Source: Arcobacter sp.
GTDB taxonomy: Bacteria; Campylobacterota; Campylobacteria; Campylobacterales; Arcobacteraceae
Reading direction: 5' to 3'
Length of the DNA stretch: 11,750 bases
Assembly (NCBI GenBank): GCA_965662175.1
Contig: CBFIGT010000070.1
Span: 1 to 11,750 of the forward strand
Position numbers and translations under genes: made by a program
Part shown: piece by piece, positions 5,896 to 11,750 of the stretch
Layout: every line of letters begins with the position of its first letter
Position numbering within the stretch: position 1 is the stretch's first letter
Notes under the pieces: generated by a model
The model's input: only the letters and a program-made list of their open reading frames with translations
The model's database searches: none
Told to the model about the DNA's origin: nothing

Positions 5896-7869
5896 CTATA
5901 ACTTTTTTATCTTCTCTATTTCATCTCTTAATCTAATAGCTTCTTCAAAATTTAAATCTTTTGCTGCTTTTGTCATGGCTTTATTAAGCTCAATTAGCAT
6001 CTTCTTACGCTCACTAGCTGGCATTTTTTCTAATTTATTTTTCTTCCAAGCTAAATCATCATACTCTTCAAGCTTTAAGTTCTCATCAAGTCTTCTAATA
6101 GTTGTTGTTGGCGTAATTCCATGCTCTTTGTTATGTGCTTCTTGTTTCTCTCTTCTTGCATTTGTTACATCAATAGCAAACTGCATAGAGTCTGTAACTC
6201 TTTTTGCAAATAAAATTACTCTACCATTTTGATTTCTTGCTGCTCTTCCCATAGTTTGAATCAATGATGTTTTACTTCTTAAAAACCCCTCTTTATCAGC
6301 ATCTAAAATAGCAACAAGTGAAGTTTCAGGTATATCTAATCCTTCCCTTAAAAGATTAATTCCAACTAATACATCAAACTCTCCAACTCTTAATTCTCTA
6401 ATAATCTGATTTCTCTCAATTGCATCTATTTCACTATGCATATATTTTATTTTGATACCTAAATTTGCATAATAAGTTGTAAGCTCCTCAGCCATTTTTT
6501 TAGTTAAAACTGTAACTAATACTCTCTCTTTTTTAGCAACAATTTTTTTAATCTCATCATGAAGTTTTTCTACTTGATATTCACTATCTTGTATCTCAAT
6601 AATTGGGTCTAGTAAACCAGTTGGTCTTATAACTTGTTCGGCAACTACAGAACTCATGGAGGTTTCAAGCTCATTTGGTGTTGCACTAACAAATAAATAG
6701 TATGGAGCTTTATTTATAAACTCATCAAACTTTAATGGCCTATTATCAAGAGCACTTGGAAGCCTAAATCCATACTCAACAAGTACCTCTTTTCTACTTC
6801 TATCAGCTGCATGCATTCCACGAAACTGAGGTAGTGAAACATGTGATTCATCAACAATTAATAGAAAGTCTTCATCAATTTGAGCAAAATAATCCAAAAG
6901 TGAATAAGGTGTTTCTCCAGGCTCTTTTCCTGTTAAGAGTCTTGCATAATTTTCAATTCCCTTACACATTCCAGTACCCTCAATCATCTCCAAATCAAAC
7001 TCTACTCTTTGCTTTAATCTTTGATACTCTACTAACTGGTCATTTGCTTTAAAATAAGCTAATCTTTCAGCTAGTTCTCTTTCAATCTCTTTAACAGCAT
7101 TTGCTAATCTATCACTTGAAACAACAAAGGGATTAACAGAATAAATAGTTACATCATCTAAGTTTTTAAGTTTATTGTTTGTCAAGTACTCATGGGTAGT
7201 TATAGATTCAACCTCATCACCAAAAAACTCTACTCTTAGAAATTCATCTTCCCAATAAGCAGGAAATATATCAATAACATCTCCATTTACTCTAAAATCT
7301 GCCCTATCAAAAAACTTATCATTTCTTTTATATCCCATATCAACTAGTTTTAGTAAAAGTTGTTTTTGAGAGTATTCAAAACCTGTTTCAAGTCTTTGAA
7401 CCATCGCTTTATACTCTTCAGGATTTCCAAGTCCATAATTTGCTGAAACAGAGGCTATAACAATTACATCATCAAAAGATAAAAGTGATGCTGTTGCACT
7501 TAATCTTAGTCTTTCAAGTTCAGCATTTATAGATGAATCTTTTTCAATAAACAAATCAGACCTTGGAATATAGGCTTCAGGTTGATAATAATCATAATAA
7601 GAGATAAAGTATTCCACATGATTATTTGGAAAAAACTGCTTAAATTCACTATAAAGTTGAGCTGCTAGTGTTTTATTATGGGTCATAATTAGTGTTGGCT
7701 TTTGTGTTTTTTCTATCACTTTTGCCATGGTATAAGTTTTACCTGAACCTGTAACGCCTAAAAGAGTATTGTATTGATTTCCTTTTAATATAGAGTCACT
7801 TAACTCTTTAATCGCTTGTGGTTGATCACCTGATGGTTCATACTCACTTTTTACTTTAAATTTTGCGAT
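5896..7869 (-). CDS. uvrB: Excinuclease ABC subunit B, 657 aa if started at ATC 7869
   Basis: [10 protein letters not shown] beta-hairpin, [22 protein letters not shown] and C-terminal UVR domain ([11 protein letters not shown]). The frame stays open upstream of the track's ATG 7728 and encodes [19 protein letters not shown]...[10 protein letters not shown] (Q-motif and Walker A at 7735-7758). Identity is certain; the start is inferred. Confidence 0.97.
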   Translation of the reverse strand: MAKFKVKSEYEPSGDQPQAIKELSDSILKGNQYNTLLGVTGSGKTYTMAKVIEKTQKPTLIMTHNKTLAAQLYSEFKQFFPNNHVEYFISYYDYYQPEAYIPRSDLFIEKDSSINAELERLRLSATASLLSFDDVIVIASVSANYGLGNPEEYKAMVQRLETGFEYSQKQLLLKLVDMGYKRNDKFFDRADFRVNGDVIDIFPAYWEDEFLRVEFFGDEVESITTHEYLTNNKLKNLDDVTIYSVNPFVVSSDRLANAVKEIERELAERLAYFKANDQLVEYQRLKQRVEFDLEMIEGTGMCKGIENYARLLTGKEPGETPYSLLDYFAQIDEDFLLIVDESHVSLPQFRGMHAADRSRKEVLVEYGFRLPSALDNRPLKFDEFINKAPYYLFVSATPNELETSMSSVVAEQVIRPTGLLDPIIEIQDSEYQVEKLHDEIKKIVAKKERVLVTVLTKKMAEELTTYYANLGIKIKYMHSEIDAIERNQIIRELRVGEFDVLVGINLLREGLDIPETSLVAILDADKEGFLRSKTSLIQTMGRAARNQNGRVILFAKRVTDSMQFAIDVTNARREKQEAHNKEHGITPTTTIRRLDENLKLEEYDDLAWKKNKLEKMPASERKKMLIELNKAMTKAAKDLNFEEAIRLRDEIEKIKKL

Positions 7870-7878
7870 AGTTACTCC

Positions 7879-8436
7879 TTATTTAAACTCTTTATATCTG
7901 GATAAAAAGTATAAAAGTATTGCAACTTCTTCTCCAGTCCAGATTCTATTTTTTGATAAAATTTCTTTGTTTAATTGAATTTTTACCTCTTTTTTATACT
8001 TTAAAATTAATTTTGACATCAACTGCTTTAGTGAGCTTTCACTTTGTTCTATAATATCATCTTTAAATATTTCACTCTTATTTGGAATAAATAGTTCCAT
8101 CTCTCTTTTATATAAACTCATTAAAATACTAACCTGCCATGAATGCCAACTAGTTTTTGCATATTCAACAGCATTATTTCTATAATCCAATGATTCAAAA
8201 ATTCTTAATATCTTTCTAGATATATCTCTTATTTGATTATTAGAGAGTGACTCTACCTCTAAAGGAAGAGTTAAAACAGTAATTGTTGATTTTTGTTGAT
8301 TTTTTAAAGATAAAATAAATGCCTCTTTATCAAAATCTTCCTCAACTTTTTTATTTTTTTTCTTTAATAAAACTACTATTAAAACAATTAATAAAACTAC
8401 TATTAGTGATAACAAAAATAAAATTACTATTTCCAT
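7879..8436 (-). CDS. Hypothetical N-terminally membrane-anchored protein, 185 aa
   Basis: 24-aa hydrophobic N-terminus followed by KKKNKK; start overlaps the lpxH stop (TAATG); its stop is part of the uvrB SD (TAAGGAG). Confidence 0.85.
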   Translation of the reverse strand: MEIVILFLLSLIVVLLIVLIVVLLKKKNKKVEEDFDKEAFILSLKNQQKSTITVLTLPLEVESLSNNQIRDISRKILRIFESLDYRNNAVEYAKTSWHSWQVSILMSLYKREMELFIPNKSEIFKDDIIEQSESSLKQLMSKLILKYKKEVKIQLNKEILSKNRIWTGEEVAILLYFLSRYKEFK

Positions 8437-9137
8437 TAAATTTTAACCCCTATAAATTGACCTTTTAATAATACTACATACTCTTTACTACAATATAAAG
8501 ATTGTATGTTTTTATACAGTTTTTTATCAATTTCAAACTCATTACCTTGATGGAAATGACCCTCAATTATAATCTCTGCATCATAATGTTTAACTCTTTT
8601 TAGAACTATCTCTTTAAAGTTATTCATTTTTTTACAAATAGTTTTTTTTAATAATGAATAGTATATTTTTTTAGATATATAATTATTAAAATCAATTAAA
8701 TTCATAAAATTTAAAAAAAACTTATTTCTAATTAACTTACAGTATAAATCATAAAACCTATCATTTACAAAAATATCTCCATGGGAAATTCCTACTTTTT
8801 TATTTTCATATTGAAAAAAAACAGCTTGTTTTTCCCTTGGATAAACCTCAATTTTTGGAAAAAGCTTTTTTAGATTATAATCATGATTTCCCTCAAAATA
8901 AAATATCTCTATTTTTTTGGAAATATCATTTATTAAATCAATAACTTCCTTATTTCTATTTATAAAATATTTACTCTCACCTGATATAAAATCAAACATA
9001 TCTCCCATTAAAAAAAGTTGGGGGCAAGTAATTTTATTTTCATTCAACTTTTTTAGAAAGATTAGAAATTCATCTCTTTTTTCATTGTAGTGAGAATCAG
9101 CAACAAATACTGCACCCTCTTTTATCTTATGGTACAT
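8436..9137 (-). CDS. lpxH: UDP-2,3-diacylglucosamine diphosphatase (calcineurin-like metallophosphoesterase)
   Basis: Motifs ADSH, GDMFD, EGNHD, SHGD, GHFH. Start placed at ATG 9137 (MYHKIKEGAVF), overlapping the argC end by 11 nt, rather than the track's 9191. Confidence 0.82.
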   Translation of the reverse strand: MYHKIKEGAVFVADSHYNEKRDEFLIFLKKLNENKITCPQLFLMGDMFDFISGESKYFINRNKEVIDLINDISKKIEIFYFEGNHDYNLKKLFPKIEVYPREKQAVFFQYENKKVGISHGDIFVNDRFYDLYCKLIRNKFFLNFMNLIDFNNYISKKIYYSLLKKTICKKMNNFKEIVLKRVKHYDAEIIIEGHFHQGNEFEIDKKLYKNIQSLYCSKEYVVLLKGQFIGVKI

Positions 9138-10137
9138 AGGCAATATTTGGAATTCCTTCATTCTCTTTATAACCACACATAATATTTGCATTACATACAG
9201 CTTGTGAAGATGCTCCTCTTAATAAGTTATCAATAGAAGAGTTTATAAAAATTGCTTTAGCATTTTTTGCTACAAAGATATCACAAAAATTTGTACCTGC
9301 TGTTGATTTAATATCTACAGGTTTATCTTTTATTCTTACAAAACTAGAGTTTTTATATCTTTGTTCTAATATTGCTTTTGCATCAATTGTTTCATCTTTT
9401 AGTGTTGCATAAACAGAAACTAACATCCCTCTTGTTGCATTTATTAAATGGGGCACAAAATTAATTGATAAATCTTTATTAGCAAGCTTTTTAACTTTTT
9501 CTTGAATCTCTGGCATATGTCTATGTGCAAAAGGGTTATATGCAAAAATATTTTCATTTATATTACAAAAATGTGTAACTTCACTTAACTTTTTACCAGC
9601 TCCACTAACTCCTGATTTTGCATCAATAAAAACAGGTACACTCTCATCAATATACTCAACAAAAGGTAAAAGTGCCAAAAGTGAAGCGGTTGGATAACAA
9701 CCTGGATTTGCCACTAAATTTGTAGTTTTTAAATCATCACCATAATATTCAGGTAAACCATAAACGCTATTTATTAGATTATCTTTATCTTCATGGGGAC
9801 AATAATGTTTTTCATAAGTATCAAGCTCTAATCTATAATCAGCACTTAAATCAACAACTTTAACTCCAAGGGCTAATAACTCTTTTGCAAAAGACATAGA
9901 AGTTTTATGTGGAAGTGCTAAAAAAGCTAAATCAGCTACTTTTGATACCTCTTTAGCATCAGCACAACTTACATCCATAGAGATAACATTTTGTAAACAA
10001 GGGTGAAGTTCATCTACTCTTTCATTACCACTTGAGTTTGCTATATATGTTATATTAAATTTTGAGTGATTAACTAATATTTTTACAAGTTCAAGTCCTG
10101 TATAACCAGTTGCTCCAATAATCGCTACATTTGTCAT
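9127..10137 (-). CDS. argC: N-acetyl-gamma-glutamyl-phosphate reductase
   Basis: GATGYTG Rossmann motif, DLSADYRL, catalytic NPGCYPT, SGVSGAG, DNLLRGASSQA. Confidence 0.97.
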   Translation of the reverse strand: MTNVAIIGATGYTGLELVKILVNHSKFNITYIANSSGNERVDELHPCLQNVISMDVSCADAKEVSKVADLAFLALPHKTSMSFAKELLALGVKVVDLSADYRLELDTYEKHYCPHEDKDNLINSVYGLPEYYGDDLKTTNLVANPGCYPTASLLALLPFVEYIDESVPVFIDAKSGVSGAGKKLSEVTHFCNINENIFAYNPFAHRHMPEIQEKVKKLANKDLSINFVPHLINATRGMLVSVYATLKDETIDAKAILEQRYKNSSFVRIKDKPVDIKSTAGTNFCDIFVAKNAKAIFINSSIDNLLRGASSQAVCNANIMCGYKENEGIPNIAYVP

Positions 10138-10622
10138 TATAGTTCAAGCTCCTTATAAAATACCTCTAATAATTCATAGTTTTTAACTCCACCTGGAAGT
10201 TTTGCTTGAAACTCATCACCCTCTTCTTTTCCTAAAAGTTGTTTTGCTAAAGGAGAGTTAAAAGAGATTAAACCTTTTTCAGCACTTGATTCAACTCCAC
10301 CAACTATTGAGTATTCAAACTCTTCATCTGTATCAACATCAACTATTCTTATTGTTGAACCAAATGAGACTCTATCATGAGGTAGTGTTGAGGGATCAAT
10401 AATTACAGCTTTACTAATAATAGCACCAAGCTCAGCAATTTGAATATCAATTAATTTTAGTTTATCTTTAGCAGCATGATATTCAGCATTCTCTTTTAAA
10501 TCACCTAATTGTCTAGCCTCATCTAAAGCAATTACTGTTTCAGGTCTCTCATTTTTTTTTAAATAATCTAGTTCATTTGTAATCTTTTCATAACCCACAT
10601 TAGTCATTGGTTCTTTTTCCAC
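10137..10622 (-). CDS. greA: Transcription elongation factor GreA
   Basis: ARQLGDLKENAEYHAAK; VSFGS; ISFNSPLAKQLLGK. GTG start with SD GGAG at 10630-10633. Confidence 0.97.
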   Translation of the reverse strand: MEKEPMTNVGYEKITNELDYLKKNERPETVIALDEARQLGDLKENAEYHAAKDKLKLIDIQIAELGAIISKAVIIDPSTLPHDRVSFGSTIRIVDVDTDEEFEYSIVGGVESSAEKGLISFNSPLAKQLLGKEEGDEFQAKLPGGVKNYELLEVFYKELEL

Positions 10623-10648
10623 AACACTTCTCCATAAATATATTTTCT

Positions 10649-10666
10649 ATTTTAATCTGATATAAT
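10649..10666. promoter_or_regulatory. Back-to-back divergent -10 boxes: TAAAAT (-, greA) and extended TGaTATAAT (+, tcdA-like)
   Basis: atttta at 10649-10654 (TAAAAT on -); tgatataat at 10658-10666 on +. Confidence 0.55.
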
Positions 10667-10713
10667 ACCCAAAATAAAGAAAATTAAAAATTAATTAGTA
10701 AAAGAGAATAAAT

Positions 10714-11358
10714 ATGCTCAAATATGATAGAACAATAAAACTTTTTGGTGAAGATAACTTTAATAAATTTCAAAATACAAAACTTATACTTTTGGGTGTA
10801 GGTGGTGTTGGTTCATTTGCCCTTGATTCCCTATATAGAACAGGAATTACAAATATTACTATAGTAGATTTTGACACCTACGAAGAGACAAACTTAAATA
10901 GACAAATGGGAAGTGAGGGTAATATTGGACGAGTTAAAGTTGAAGCTTTAAAAGAGAAATATCCAGATGTTGAGATTATTCATGAAAAAATAGATGAGGA
11001 GTGGGTTAACACTTTTGATTTCTCATCATATGATTATATTCTTGATGCAATAGATGATATTAGACCAAAAGTGAGACTAATACAAAAATATTATGATAAA
11101 CTTATAAGCACAAGTGGAAGTGCTAAAAGAATCGATCCCTCACAAATTGAGTACATATCTATTTGGGAGACTCACAATGACCCATTTATTAGAAAAATTC
11201 GATATGAACTTAAAAAAAGAGGATTTAAGAAAAAATTTAAAGTAATTTTTTCAAAAGAAAACCCAAATTGTATTGAAAAGGGTAGTTTTGAGGGTGTTAC
11301 GGGCTCTTTTGGTTTAATGATGGCATCAGTCGTTATAAGAAAAATTATTGGAAAATAA
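10714..11358 (+). CDS. tcdA: ThiF/E1-like adenylyltransferase, most like tRNA threonylcarbamoyladenosine dehydratase (TcdA/CsdL)
   Basis: GVGGVG nucleotide-binding loop, DFD...TNLNRQ, DAID, DPFIRKIRYELKK, VIFSKE, GSFEGVTGSFG. No MoeB-type CxxC zinc motifs. Confidence 0.85.
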   Translation: MLKYDRTIKLFGEDNFNKFQNTKLILLGVGGVGSFALDSLYRTGITNITIVDFDTYEETNLNRQMGSEGNIGRVKVEALKEKYPDVEIIHEKIDEEWVNTFDFSSYDYILDAIDDIRPKVRLIQKYYDKLISTSGSAKRIDPSQIEYISIWETHNDPFIRKIRYELKKRGFKKKFKVIFSKENPNCIEKGSFEGVTGSFGLMMASVVIRKIIGK

Positions 11359-11431
11359 AATAAATAACGAATACAAGTCAACTATAAGAAAAAAATTAAT
11401 ATAATTAAACATATTTGTAAAAAGGGAATAC

Positions 11432-11750
11432 ATGAGTGGTATAAATAGTGTTGAGCAAATGACTCAAGGGCATCTAAGAAATGTACAACAATTAGCCGTG
11501 TTCTATACTGGAAGAAATAATATTTATGCAATCAATATTGCAAAAGTTAAAGCTTTTGTGATTACAGAAGAGGTTACAATAAATGACACTCCATCTGATA
11601 CTAATATTATTGCAGGGATTGCAACTATTAGAGGTGAACCTGTTACTCTTGTAAAACTTGATGCTTGGCTTGGCAATAAAACCTTAGAATTAGAAGATTA
11701 TAAGCTTATTATATATTGTGAATTTAACCATAAAAAAGTAGGTTTTTTAA
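11432..11750 (+). CDS. cheV: Chemotaxis protein CheV (CheW domain); N-terminal part, runs off the right edge
   Basis: Manual translation from ATG 11432 (SD AAGGGA at 11422-11427): MSGINSVEQMTQGHLRNVQQLAVFYTGRNNIYAINIAKVKAFV...IAGIATIRGEPVTLVKLDAWLG...IIYCEFNHKKVGFL. YAINIAKV, IRGE and CEFN are CheV-type CheW motifs. The receiver domain would lie outside the window. Confidence 0.85.
   Translation, partial: MSGINSVEQMTQGHLRNVQQLAVFYTGRNNIYAINIAKVKAFVITEEVTINDTPSDTNIIAGIATIRGEPVTLVKLDAWLGNKTLELEDYKLIIYCEFNHKKVGFL

Noticed and set aside
5975..6232. 85-aa plus-strand ORF
   Set aside because: Antisense shadow of the uvrB C-terminal region.
6834..7052. 72-aa plus-strand ORF
   Set aside because: Fully antisense within the conserved uvrB core; no independent support.
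7726..7728. Track start of uvrB at ATG 7728, or a truncated/pseudogene uvrB
   Set aside because: That start would delete the Q-motif and Walker A, which are intact and in frame upstream with a strong SD before ATC 7869.
8642..8720. Poly-T and poly-A runs in lpxH as phase-variation tracts
   Set aside because: Runs of 8-9 A/T are expected at this composition, the frame is intact, and no long poly-G/C tract occurs in the window.
9138..9191. 18-aa N-terminal extension of lpxH from the track
   Set aside because: It would overlap argC by 65 nt. ATG 9137 puts the first metallophosphoesterase motif near the N-terminus, as expected.
11172..11381. 69-aa minus-strand ORF
   Set aside because: Antisense to the tcdA-like gene; no recognisable features.
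1..11750. CRISPR array, IS/transposase, prophage, tRNA or rRNA
   Set aside because: No regularly spaced repeats, terminal inverted repeats, mobile-element proteins or structural RNA signatures were seen, and nearly all sequence is accounted for by CDSs.

Overview
Very AT-rich chromosomal window, inferred from protein style and gene content to be Campylobacterota, probably Arcobacteraceae. From left to right: the 5' part of an OprC/NosA-like TonB-dependent receptor (-), missed by the ORF track; a divergent soluble PAS-GAF-PAS-PAS histidine kinase (+); a three-gene cluster of two hypothetical proteins and a divergent acyl-CoA dehydrogenase-like protein (+); a ~500-bp apparently intergenic gap that holds two unannotated, related 33-34 aa membrane microprotein ORFs (-), each with its own SD, -10 box and downstream hairpin; a tightly packed minus-strand run greA-argC-lpxH-hypothetical-uvrB-nth; and then tcdA-like (ThiF) and the 5' part of cheV (+). 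The strongest leads are the microprotein pair with a structured CU-rich 3' region, an apparent non-canonical ATC start for uvrB, and a perfect 11-bp tandem repeat in the receptor promoter. No mobile element, CRISPR array, rRNA or tRNA was seen.
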